Shown one piece after another: positions 46,872 to 55,882 of a stretch of DNA of 64,000 nucleotides. The position numbers were made by a program, and so were the translations under genes. Within the stretch, counting starts at the first letter, position 1; every line of letters begins with the position of its first letter. The notes beneath the pieces were generated by a model. That model had not been told where the DNA came from, searched no databases, and worked only from the letters and a program-made list of their open reading frames with translations. This stretch comes from Candidatus Nomurabacteria bacterium (GTDB lineage Bacteria; Patescibacteriota; Minisyncoccia; Phycocordibacterales; UBA9973), in assembly GCA_943354905.1 (NCBI GenBank), contig CALRDL010000002.1, forward strand, positions 6,478-70,477, given 5' to 3'.

Positions 46872-49226
46872 ATGAACCACACACAAACATATAGAATAAA
46901 AGGAATGCACTGTGCCTCGTGTGCTGGGATTATTGAGAAAACTTTCAAAAAAATGGATGGTGTTGATTTGGCTGAAGTAAACTACGGAACTGAAACTGCG
47001 AAGGTTGCTTTTGATCCGTCAAAGACAAATCCTCACCATCTCTCGGAGAATATAGAAAAGCTTGGCTACTCTCTTGATATACCAGAAACAGCTGAAGCTA
47101 TGGGTATGTCTGAAAATGAGCATGCTACTCATTTAGGTTTGAACCAATCAAAAAAAGAGAAATTAGCTGAAGTCGCAGACATGCGATCAAAAGTTTTGTC
47201 TGCAATTCCGCTAGCCATCTTTAGTATTTTTGTTATGGGATGGGATATTTTTGCTCAATACGGAATAGTCTCGAAAATGAGTGTGACAATATATGAATTC
47301 GTACACCATATTCTTCCAATTTTTGCTACCTATGTACTCTTTGTGGTCGGAAAACCATATCTCCTTGGTTTTTATAGATTTTTGCGTTACGGCAAAGCCA
47401 ATATGGATACGCTTATCGGTATTGGTACTGTCTCGGCTTTTTTATACAGCTTTGCTGTTACGGCTTTTGAAGATGTTTTGAAGCCGTTTATAAATGTTGA
47501 TCACACTTACTATGATGTAACGATTGTCGTCATTACTTTTATCGCACTCGGAAAATATTTAGAAGCAAGGTCTAAAATAAAGACGGGAGATGCTATTGAA
47601 AAACTTCTCAATCTTCAGGCAAAAACCGCAATGGTTATTCGAGATGGAAAAGAAATGGAAATTTCAGTTGATCAAGTAGTTCACGGTGATTTAATTATTA
47701 TAAAACCCGGAGCTAAAATTCCGGTTGATGGTGTGATAACCGAGGGTATGTCTTATATCGATGAGTCGATGGTTACAGGAGAACCTATGCCTACTCAGAA
47801 AAAAGTTGGCGATAATGTTGTGTCAGGCACATTGAATACCAGCGGATCATTCACCTTTAAAGCTACTAAAGTGGGATCGGAAACCTTGCTTGCTCAGATT
47901 ATAAAAATGGTAGAGGAGGCACAAGGGAGCAAAGCACCAATCCAAGCTCTTGCGGATAAAATCTCAAGCGTTTTTGTGCCTGTTGTAATTGTTCTCTCAT
48001 TCTTGACTTTGGGATCATGGCTTTTGTTTGGAACTGGTCCTTTAGGATTTTCGCAAGCATTATCATTTGGGCTCGTTTCTTTTGTTGGAATTTTAGTCAT
48101 TGCTTGTCCTTGTGCGCTTGGTCTTGCAACGCCAACCGCTATTATTGTCGGAGTGGGTAAAGGAGCAAAAGAGGGTATTCTCGTAAAAGATGCGGCAACT
48201 CTCGAGAAGCTCCACAAAGTAGATATTGTCATTGTTGATAAAACAGGAACGATTACTATTGGAAAGCCGACACTTGTCAATATAGTTTTGGCTCCTCAAG
48301 GTCAAACCTTAGGAATTCAAAAAGGTTCGACCTTTTCCCACCAAGAGGTGGAATTTATATCCATACTCGCTTCTCTTGAGAAAAAATCTGAACATCCTAT
48401 TGCTCATGCGATTGTGAATTATGTCGAAGATCCTGTAAGGGCACAGGAAAAAAATATCTCAATATCAGATGTTTCAAACTTTGAAAGCATTCAAGGTAAG
48501 GGTCTTAAGGGAATAATTGACGGCACAGAATATTTTGTCGGAAATGCAAAACTGATACAAGGCCTTGGTGTATCATTTGATGCATCAAAAATGGAGCAAT
48601 ATACTTCGGAAGGCAAGACTCCTGTTATTCTCACAACCAAAGAAAGAGTTCTAGGATTTGTTATGGTTTCTGATGAGGTAAAAGTTGCATCAAAGCAGGC
48701 TATTACTGATCTCCACAAGCTCGGTATCAAAGTGATTATGCTTACAGGTGATGATGAAAAGGCAGCCAAGCACATTGCATCGCTTGTCGGTATTGATGAA
48801 GTAGTTGCGCATGTTTTACCACAAGACAAGCTCGCAAAAATTAAAGAGCTTCAGTCACAAGGGAAGATTGTCGCTATGGCAGGGGATGGTGTGAACGATG
48901 CACCTGCTTTGGCCCAAGCCGACGTAGGTATCGCTATGGGGACTGGAACGGATGTGGCGATTGAGTCGGCAGGAATTACACTACTCGGCGGAGATATTTC
49001 CAAACTTGTGAAAGCAATAAAACTTTCAAAAATGACTATGCGAGGTATTAAACAAAATCTTTTCTGGGCATTTATTTACAACATCGTGGGCATTCCACTT
49101 GCAGCTGGAGTTTTCTATCCCGTCTTCGGCTGGCTCCTATCACCTGTATTTGCAGGATTTGCTATGGCGATGTCGTCAGTGTCTGTGGTCGGAAATTCAC
49201 TGCGAATTAAAGGAATGAAATTATAA
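46872..49226 (+). CDS. copA: Copper-translocating P1B-type ATPase
   Basis: N-terminal HMA domain GMHCASCAG, TGE, CPC (ACPCALGLATP), DKTGTIT, and GDGVNDAP. Confidence 0.9.
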   Translation: MNHTQTYRIKGMHCASCAGIIEKTFKKMDGVDLAEVNYGTETAKVAFDPSKTNPHHLSENIEKLGYSLDIPETAEAMGMSENEHATHLGLNQSKKEKLAEVADMRSKVLSAIPLAIFSIFVMGWDIFAQYGIVSKMSVTIYEFVHHILPIFATYVLFVVGKPYLLGFYRFLRYGKANMDTLIGIGTVSAFLYSFAVTAFEDVLKPFINVDHTYYDVTIVVITFIALGKYLEARSKIKTGDAIEKLLNLQAKTAMVIRDGKEMEISVDQVVHGDLIIIKPGAKIPVDGVITEGMSYIDESMVTGEPMPTQKKVGDNVVSGTLNTSGSFTFKATKVGSETLLAQIIKMVEEAQGSKAPIQALADKISSVFVPVVIVLSFLTLGSWLLFGTGPLGFSQALSFGLVSFVGILVIACPCALGLATPTAIIVGVGKGAKEGILVKDAATLEKLHKVDIVIVDKTGTITIGKPTLVNIVLAPQGQTLGIQKGSTFSHQEVEFISILASLEKKSEHPIAHAIVNYVEDPVRAQEKNISISDVSNFESIQGKGLKGIIDGTEYFVGNAKLIQGLGVSFDASKMEQYTSEGKTPVILTTKERVLGFVMVSDEVKVASKQAITDLHKLGIKVIMLTGDDEKAAKHIASLVGIDEVVAHVLPQDKLAKIKELQSQGKIVAMAGDGVNDAPALAQADVGIAMGTGTDVAIESAGITLLGGDISKLVKAIKLSKMTMRGIKQNLFWAFIYNIVGIPLAAGVFYPVFGWLLSPVFAGFAMAMSSVSVVGNSLRIKGMKL

Positions 49227-49263
49227 ATGGTCGCATTATTAAATTAATTAATTAAAAAATATT

Positions 49264-49632
49264 ATGAAAAACATTCAGAAAATTATTCTATTTTTCACTT
49301 CTATTGTTCTCCTGCATTTTTTTGCTAACACTTTCGGCTTGTATGAGATGTCCTTTGTTTGGTTCGATAATATTTTGCATATATTAACTGGCATTGGATT
49401 CGGATTAGTGTGGCTGTGGGTTTTCAGAGGCTCATTAAAAGGAGCAATTATCTTTGTTGTTGCACTTGCTATACTCTGGGAACTCCTCGAGTTTGGTTTC
49501 TTGCAATTATTCCCAATCTACGCCTATAAATTAAGTATTTTTTCACCTAATATTGGAGAAGCTTTAGAAGATATCTTTTCTAATATATTCGGTGTAGCCA
49601 TCATGGCAATATATTTAAAATTAAAGGAATGA
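49264..49632 (+). CDS. Small membrane protein (hypothetical)
   Basis: Hydrophobic helices; the gene ends within the junction repeat TTAAAGGAATGAAATTATAA. Confidence 0.3.
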   Translation: MKNIQKIILFFTSIVLLHFFANTFGLYEMSFVWFDNILHILTGIGFGLVWLWVFRGSLKGAIIFVVALAILWELLEFGFLQLFPIYAYKLSIFSPNIGEALEDIFSNIFGVAIMAIYLKLKE

Positions 49633-49679
49633 AATTATAAAGGTCGAATATTATTAAATTAATCAAAAAATAAATTATT

Positions 49680-49901
49680 ATGAAACTTTCAAAAATATTT
49701 CATGTTATAGGTGCTATTGTCGGATGGGTTGGAGTTATTGCTCTTTTGAGCGCTTGGTTTGCAAGTAAAAATGGTTTAGTATTAGGAATGAGTGAGACGC
49801 ATCTTTTTATGGATGCAATAGTTCTTGTGCTTGTTGCTATCTGGCTTCAACTTGGAACAATTCACCACATGATGTTGGAGAAGACTGGGGAGAAAATATA
49901 A
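49680..49901 (+). CDS. 73-aa two-TM protein, paralogue family member 1 (C-terminal IHHMMLEKTGEKI)
   Basis: Near-identical family members lie at 51264..51485 and 52840..53061. Confidence 0.45.
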   Translation: MKLSKIFHVIGAIVGWVGVIALLSAWFASKNGLVLGMSETHLFMDAIVLVLVAIWLQLGTIHHMMLEKTGEKI

Positions 49902-49910
49902 CTATCATTT

Positions 49911-50303
49911 ATGATTACTCAAAAACTAAAAACCATATTTTTTATATCAATTCCAATCTTTATTGCTCACGGCATTGAAGAGTATTTTACTGGCTTATAT
50001 AATTTTGATTTTTTCTATCAATCTTTTTCTAATCCAAAATTAGTATTTGTAATTGTTGTTCCTGTCTTAGCAAATATTTTATTAATAGTTTCTTATGTAC
50101 TTGTTAAAAAAAATAAATGGGTGTTTGGTTTATCTTTTTTACTAGGGCTACTCTTTATTTTTGAATTAACTCATATCTATGAAGCTATTATGGTAAGGGG
50201 CTATTATCCTGGATTATATACTGCAATTCCTTTACTAATTGTCGGATTTCTTTTCTGGAAAGAATTATTAAAAAATTATAAAAGTCGAACATTATTAAAA
50301 TAA
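49911..50303 (+). CDS. Small membrane protein (hypothetical)
   Basis: Three or four TM helices. Confidence 0.3.
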   Translation: MITQKLKTIFFISIPIFIAHGIEEYFTGLYNFDFFYQSFSNPKLVFVIVVPVLANILLIVSYVLVKKNKWVFGLSFLLGLLFIFELTHIYEAIMVRGYYPGLYTAIPLLIVGFLFWKELLKNYKSRTLLK

Positions 50304-50314
50304 ATAAAAATAAC

Positions 50315-50938
50315 ATGAATAATAAAATTGTATTTGGAATAGGAGGAGTCGTAGTCGGTTTAGTTTTAGCAGGCATGTTTGGGGGAAGTATGTTTTCTGC
50401 ATTTAACAATGGGAATAATAGAATGATGGGTAACAATCAAAATACAGGAAGTAGTCAAATGATGGGGAGTATAGACAAACATTTCATCGAGCAGATGATT
50501 CCGCACCATGATGGAGCTGTTGCGATGGCAACACTCGCTCTCGAAAAATCAAAGCGTCCCGAAATTAAAACTCTCGCGAACGCAATAATTGAAGCTCAAA
50601 ATAAAGAAATAGTGGATATGCGAAGCTGGTATAAAAATTGGTTTGGTAAAAATGTTCCAAAAGAAAGTACAGGTATGATGGAGGGAGGAATGATGTCCGG
50701 GGGTGGAATGCATATGGGAGGAGATGAAGATATTAAGGCTCTAAAAAATGCGATAGATTTTGACAAGGCATTTCTTGAGGGGATGATCCCACATCATCAG
50801 TTAGCTATAATGATGGCACAGATGTTGAAGTCAGGAACTGATAGACCAGAGATGCTGACACTTGCGGATAATATCATCGAATCACAATCTAAAGAGATAA
50901 AACAAATGCAAGGTTGGTATAGTAATTGGTATAAATAA
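50315..50938 (+). CDS. DUF305-family protein (copper-resistance-associated four-helix protein)
   Basis: Two F.E.MIPHH repeats plus a Met/Gly-rich linker (MMEGGMMSGGGMHMGG). Confidence 0.7.
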   Translation: MNNKIVFGIGGVVVGLVLAGMFGGSMFSAFNNGNNRMMGNNQNTGSSQMMGSIDKHFIEQMIPHHDGAVAMATLALEKSKRPEIKTLANAIIEAQNKEIVDMRSWYKNWFGKNVPKESTGMMEGGMMSGGGMHMGGDEDIKALKNAIDFDKAFLEGMIPHHQLAIMMAQMLKSGTDRPEMLTLADNIIESQSKEIKQMQGWYSNWYK

Positions 50939-50988
50939 AATTATAAACATCTGTCGAGATTATTAAAAGTTAATTAAAATAAAAATAT

Positions 50989-51243
50989 ATGCATAATTCA
51001 TCATGTTGTGGGGGAAAAGGAGAAAAAGATAGGTCATGTTGTAATGCAGAAGATAAGTCTTGTTGCGGGGAAGGAAAAACATCTGGAAATATGGTCGTGG
51101 ATGTAGTGTGTGGCATGGAAGTTGATCCGAAAGAAACCAAGATTCAATTGGAGTACAAAAATAAAGTATATTACTTCTGTAACGTTGATTGCAAAAGTAA
51201 ATTTGAAAACGATCCTGAGAAATACGTTGTTAAAAATAATTAA
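50989..51243 (+). CDS. YHS/TRASH-domain metal-binding protein with an N-terminal Cys-rich segment
   Basis: Contains DVVCGMEVD....YKNKVYYFCNVDC (YHS domain) and an N-terminal SCCGG..SCCN..SCCGEG segment. Confidence 0.6.
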   Translation: MHNSSCCGGKGEKDRSCCNAEDKSCCGEGKTSGNMVVDVVCGMEVDPKETKIQLEYKNKVYYFCNVDCKSKFENDPEKYVVKNN

Positions 51244-51263
51244 TAAATTAATTAAAAAATATT

Positions 51264-51485
51264 ATGAAACTATCAAAATTATTTCACGTTCTAGCTGCTG
51301 TTGCGGGATGGGTTGGAGTTATTATGCTTTTCAGCGCTTGGTCTGCCGGAGAAAATGGTACAGTGTTTGGGTTTACACAAACACATCTTTTTACTGATGC
51401 AGCCATACTTGTTTTGGTTGCTATCTGGATGCAACTTGCTACTACGCATCATATGACGCTTGAGAAGACTGGAGAGAAAATATAA
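51264..51485 (+). CDS. 73-aa two-TM protein, paralogue family member 2
   Basis: MKLSKLFHVLAAVAGWVGVIMLFSAW...ATTHHMTLEKTGEKI. Confidence 0.45.
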   Translation: MKLSKLFHVLAAVAGWVGVIMLFSAWSAGENGTVFGFTQTHLFTDAAILVLVAIWMQLATTHHMTLEKTGEKI

Positions 51486-51510
51486 GATATTAAAAATAAA
51501 CCTTTAATTT

Positions 51511-52818
51511 ATGGATAAATCAAGCAAAAAATATGTAGTTATTATTCTGGGTATTTTCCTCATTGGTTTGAGTATTTTACTATTTGCTCGGCAAGTTGAG
51601 ATTTTATCACTTTTTAAATTCGTGTTCATTCGAGTTTTCGGTCTAGTGATCTCTCTTGGAGCTGCTGGATTCTTTATTTTCTGGATTATTCGCAAATTCC
51701 ATTCGTTGAAGATCGCTGCCATTTTCTCAGTTATTCTTGTTGGAGTTTCTTTCTTTCTTTTTATGCCTTATGCATTTCCGGAGCGACTGCAGTACCCTTT
51801 CTTTTTGAAAACATTCGGACCTTCTGATGGGCCGAGTCTCCCGCTCAAAAACGTGCTGACGTTCTTTTTGAAGCAATCAAATATGGAGCGGGTATCAGAT
51901 ATCGCCCGAGATCCTAATGATCTGCCACCACCAATCACACGTATCTCCCCTGAGCGCGTAAAAATTGAACTAGAAACACAAGAGGTAATCGCTGAAATGG
52001 CAGATGGGGTAAAGTTTAATTATTGGACATTTAATGGCACTGTGCCAGGACCGTTTCTGCGTGTGAGAGAGGGAGACACTGTTGATCTAACTCTTAAAAA
52101 CAGTGCTTCCAGTCTCCATCATCATAATATTGACCTTCATGCCGTTACCGGGCCTGGTGGCGGAGCGGCTGTTACTAATATTGCCCCTGGTGAATCCAAA
52201 ACCTTTACTTTCAAAGCCATAAATCCAGGACTGTACGTCTATCATTGTGCGCATCCAAATGTTGCTACCCATGATGCTCATGGTATGTATGGTCTTATTC
52301 TCGTCGAACCAAAGGAGGGTCTTCCAAAAGTTGATAAGGAATTTTATGTTATGCAAGGTGAATTTTATAGCACTGGTGGATTGGGAAAGAAAGGACTCCA
52401 GATCTTTGACGCTCAAAAGATGCTTGACGGAAAGCCTGAATATGTGGTCTTTAACGGTCGTGTTGGAGGATTAAACAGTAAAATGAAAGCTCAAGTTGGA
52501 GAAAAAATACGAATATTTGTGGGCAACGGAGGTGTGAACTTTATTTCCTCTTTTCATGTGATCGGAGAAATATTTGACACTGTGTATCCCGAAGGATCAA
52601 TGGGCGGAGCGATGTTTAAGAATGTTCAGACTACATTGGTTCCCGCAGGAGGATCAGCAATCGTCGAGTTTGATACCGAAGTACCCGGCAAGTATATACT
52701 AGTAGACCATGCTCTTTCAAGATTAGACCGTGGTGCCTGGGGGGTACTAGAACTTATTGGTGAACCAAGCAAAGATATCTTTGACGGAGTGTTTGATATT
52801 AATAATAAAAGTCATTAA
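51511..52818 (+). CDS. nirK: Copper-containing nitrite reductase (NirK-type two-domain cupredoxin) with an N-terminal membrane anchor
   Basis: HHHNIDLHAVTGPGGGA corresponds to the NirK HNIDFHAATG region holding T1 and T2 Cu His ligands. YHCAHPNVATHDAHGM has H-C adjacent and then C-x7-H-x4-M, the T1 Cu ligands. About three TM helices at the N-terminus. Confidence 0.6.
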   Translation: MDKSSKKYVVIILGIFLIGLSILLFARQVEILSLFKFVFIRVFGLVISLGAAGFFIFWIIRKFHSLKIAAIFSVILVGVSFFLFMPYAFPERLQYPFFLKTFGPSDGPSLPLKNVLTFFLKQSNMERVSDIARDPNDLPPPITRISPERVKIELETQEVIAEMADGVKFNYWTFNGTVPGPFLRVREGDTVDLTLKNSASSLHHHNIDLHAVTGPGGGAAVTNIAPGESKTFTFKAINPGLYVYHCAHPNVATHDAHGMYGLILVEPKEGLPKVDKEFYVMQGEFYSTGGLGKKGLQIFDAQKMLDGKPEYVVFNGRVGGLNSKMKAQVGEKIRIFVGNGGVNFISSFHVIGEIFDTVYPEGSMGGAMFKNVQTTLVPAGGSAIVEFDTEVPGKYILVDHALSRLDRGAWGVLELIGEPSKDIFDGVFDINNKSH

Positions 52819-52839
52819 ATTAGTTTATAAAAATATATT

Positions 52840-53061
52840 ATGAAAATATCAAAAATAATGCATGTTGCTAGTGTTATCGTGGGGTTGATCGGAGTGGTTG
52901 TCTTTGTTAGGACACTTGGAGTTCCGTCAGATGGAATGGTTTTTGGAATCGCAAAGTTTGATGCGCTATTTTGTGTAGCAATTCTTTTCCTTATTGCTAT
53001 ATGGGTTCAGATTGGAACAATTCACCACATGATGTTGGAGAAGACTGGGGAAATTATTTAA
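52840..53061 (+). CDS. 73-aa two-TM protein, paralogue family member 3
   Basis: ...IGTIHHMMLEKTGEII; followed by the junction repeat. Confidence 0.45.
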   Translation: MKISKIMHVASVIVGLIGVVVFVRTLGVPSDGMVFGIAKFDALFCVAILFLIAIWVQIGTIHHMMLEKTGEII

Positions 53062-53083
53062 AGGAATGAAATTATAACAATTT

Positions 53084-53491
53084 ATGAAAATTAAAACTAT
53101 TTGTATTTGTGGGTCTATGAAACTTAAAGATAGGATTATAGAAATAGGAGAAAAACTTAAAGTTTTGGGTTATGATGTTTATACTCCAAACATTTCAGAA
53201 ACTAATAATTATTCTGTAATGACAGAAGAAGAACAAAAAATTCATAAGAATAGAATGATTGTCGATCATCTTTATAAAATAAAAAAATCAGATACAATTT
53301 TAGTTATAAACGAAAAACTCAATGACATAGAAGGATATATCGGAGCAAATTCATTTCTTGAAATCGGATTTGCTTTTGCCCTAGAAAAGAAAATATTTTT
53401 GCTTAACAATATTCCTCAACAACCGAATTCAGTTGAGATAAAAGGTATGTTACCAGAGGTTATTAATGGTGACTTATTAAAAATAAAATAA
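53084..53491 (+). CDS. Nucleoside 2-deoxyribosyltransferase-like Rossmann protein (hypothetical)
   Basis: ICGSMK... at the N-terminus and a ...EIGFAFA.. acidic motif near the C-terminus resemble the NDT/Rcl-like family. This is weak. Confidence 0.3.
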   Translation: MKIKTICICGSMKLKDRIIEIGEKLKVLGYDVYTPNISETNNYSVMTEEEQKIHKNRMIVDHLYKIKKSDTILVINEKLNDIEGYIGANSFLEIGFAFALEKKIFLLNNIPQQPNSVEIKGMLPEVINGDLLKIK

Positions 53492-53495
53492 ATTT

Positions 53496-54113
53496 ATGAT
53501 TTCGTGGATAATTATTTGGTTAATTTTTTGGGTTAGTGCGCTAGGTTTTACTAGTTATCTTTTTAAAAAGCACAGGATTACTTATTATGAAAAATCTTGG
53601 CAACATACTCTTTTTTTCATAATCCTCTCACTAATCCTTTTTGTTGTTTATCAAAACCAGTTTTCTGTATATTTTACCAGTCTTTCCTTGTGGCATTTAA
53701 TGGCTGTTGTAGCTTTATTTATAATCTGGCTTCTTGTTCCAAATCTTTACAAAAATGATTACTACGCTAAAAAAGAAAGGTTTGGTTATCAGTTACCAAA
53801 GTTTTTTGAAATTCTTTTTCAAGATATTTGTTTCTTAGGCGGGCTACTTACTTTCGGACTTTCTCCCGTTTTTTTTGGTTTAGTATTTTTTGTAGTTCAC
53901 ATACCTGCCGTATTTCTCCTCCCGAAAAAATTTGCTCTTTTTCCAATAATCGGCTCACTCTTTGGTGGAATAATTTTTGCATATTTGCAGTCTCAGGGAA
54001 TTTTAGGATTTTTAGTTGCATTTTTAATACATTTATCATTTTGGAGTTCCTTACATTACGCACTCTCACAATCAAAAAGTGGCTTTTTGGGGATAATGCC
54101 ACTAAAAAGATAA
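53496..54113 (+). CDS. Integral membrane protein (hypothetical)
   Basis: Six hydrophobic segments. Confidence 0.3.
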   Translation: MISWIIIWLIFWVSALGFTSYLFKKHRITYYEKSWQHTLFFIILSLILFVVYQNQFSVYFTSLSLWHLMAVVALFIIWLLVPNLYKNDYYAKKERFGYQLPKFFEILFQDICFLGGLLTFGLSPVFFGLVFFVVHIPAVFLLPKKFALFPIIGSLFGGIIFAYLQSQGILGFLVAFLIHLSFWSSLHYALSQSKSGFLGIMPLKR

Positions 54114-54205
54114 ATTTTATGAAAAATCAAACACAACAAAACAATAAAAACCAATTAGCGATTTTTGAAAATTTTAAGATATAAAAAAGTAAGAACGAAA
54201 ATTAT

Positions 54206-54941
54206 ATGAAAAAATTAAATTCACAAATTGTCATATATAAAGACCAAAATGGAAATATTAAAATAGATGTGCGTTTTGATGGTGAAAATGTGTGGCTCAC
54301 ACAGGATTTGATGGCAGAGCTTTTTGGAAAGGGAAGATCTACAATCACAGAACATATTCAGAACATATTTAAAGAAGGAGAATTGGATGAAAAACTGGTA
54401 AGTCGGGATTTCCGACATACCACTAAGCATGGGGCAATAAAAGGTAAAACACAAGACTCTTCTATAAAATATTATAATCTTAAAGTTATAATTGCTGTAG
54501 GATATAGAGTTAAATCATCTCAAGGTACGAGATTTAGGCAATGGGCGACAGAAAGATTAGGGGAGTATGTTTTGAAAGGTTTTGTGGTGGATAGCGAACG
54601 ATTGAAAAATCCAGATTTACCTTTTAATTATTTTGAAGAACTTGAAAGAACTGTAGCAGATATACGCACTAGCGAAAAAGTTTTTTATCGTAAAATCACT
54701 GATATTTATGCTACGAGTATTGATTACGATCCGACGAGCGATGCAAGTAAATGAAAGAAATATTTTACAAGATGCAGGAAAGGTATCTCATCAGCTGATG
54801 GTAGAACTTGCTGAAAAGAAGTTTGATGAGTATAAACAAATAGAAGCCAAGCAAGATGTGGATTTTGATGAAGTAATACTTAAAGCGCTTGAGAGCGTAA
54901 AAAAGAAGGATATAAAAGTAGTTAAAGATAAGAAGTTATAA
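54206..54941 (+). pseudogene. rhuM: RhuM-family (virulence-associated/Bro-N-related) gene, frameshifted near 54,750
   Basis: The RhuM N-part VIIAVGYRVKSSQGTRFRQWATERL.EYV.KGF is in ORF 54206..54754. The C-part ...ERNILQDAGKVSHQLMVELAEKKFDEYK is in ORF 54708..54941 in another frame. Confidence 0.5.
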
Positions 54942-54966
54942 ATTATAAATATGGTAAAATAAAATT

Positions 54967-55500
54967 ATGATATATTTCGTACGACATGGAGAAACTGAGT
55001 CAAATATAAGAGGTGTTTTTGCTGGGCAAAAAGACGATTCTATTCTTACTGAAAAAGGAAAAGAACAAGCAAGAATTACAGCTCAAAATATAAAATCTCA
55101 AATTCCAAAAATTGATAGAGTTATCTGTTCACCATTAAAAAGAACAGTTGAGACGGCACAAATAATTGCAAAAGATATTAACTTTGATTTATATAAAATA
55201 GAAATTGATAACCGTATTATTGAACACGACACAGGGAGTATGACTGGGACTCCGTTCGCAGGTGTTTCGTCTTTCGCTTTAACAACTTGTGATGGAGCAG
55301 AAGATAGTGATAAATTTCGTGACAGAGTATTTTCTTTTTTCAAAGATTTATCAGAAAATCCTGAAACTATTTTAGTTGTTAGTCATGGAGCAGTAGGGAG
55401 AATGTTAGAAACTATCAAAAAAAATGGTGATACAAAATTACTCTACGACATTCCTGTTTGGGATAATGCTTCCGTGACTAAAATTGATTGGATTAAATAA
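54967..55500 (+). CDS. Histidine phosphatase family protein (second copy in the window)
   Basis: MIYFVRHGETESNIRGVFAGQ.D..LT.KG..QA (RHGE catalytic motif) and a distal SHGA. Confidence 0.65.
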   Translation: MIYFVRHGETESNIRGVFAGQKDDSILTEKGKEQARITAQNIKSQIPKIDRVICSPLKRTVETAQIIAKDINFDLYKIEIDNRIIEHDTGSMTGTPFAGVSSFALTTCDGAEDSDKFRDRVFSFFKDLSENPETILVVSHGAVGRMLETIKKNGDTKLLYDIPVWDNASVTKIDWIK

Positions 55501-55503
55501 TTT

Positions 55504-55875
55504 ATGGACAAAAATCAGTTAGCAATTTTTGAAAATTTTAAGATTAGGCGACATTTTGATGAGAAAGAAGAAAAATGGTATTTTTCTGTGGTGGATATTG
55601 TGGCGGCGTTGACAGATTCTATTAATCCAACAGATTATTTAAAGAAGTTACGAAAGAGAGATTTAGAGGTTGGAACATACATAGGGACAAATTGTCCCCA
55701 TGTAGAAATGCTTACGAAAACTGGAAAATATAGGAAAACATTAGCTGGAAACCCAGAAAATTTACTGCGTATTATTCAAGCTATACCATCTAAAAAAGCC
55801 GAACCTATAAAACTTTGGTTGGCAAAGGAGAATTTTTTATTAGCAAAACAAAAAGAAGAAAGCATCGCGTCTTAA
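55504..55875 (+). CDS. Bro-N domain protein. A 5' fragment of the same gene (MKNQ..NQLAIFENFKI) is duplicated at 54118-54183
   Basis: NQLAIFENFKIRRHFDEKEEKWYFSVVDIVAALTDS is the Bro-N consensus. Confidence 0.5.
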   Translation: MDKNQLAIFENFKIRRHFDEKEEKWYFSVVDIVAALTDSINPTDYLKKLRKRDLEVGTYIGTNCPHVEMLTKTGKYRKTLAGNPENLLRIIQAIPSKKAEPIKLWLAKENFLLAKQKEESIAS

Positions 55876-55882
55876 TTGACGA

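Noticed and set aside
49200-53100. CRISPR array suggested by the recurring 20-mer and the repeated small genes
   Set aside because: Only three copies at irregular spacing of 400-3400 bp, separated by protein-coding genes, and no cas genes. It is a tandem gene-family junction repeat, not repeat-spacer architecture.
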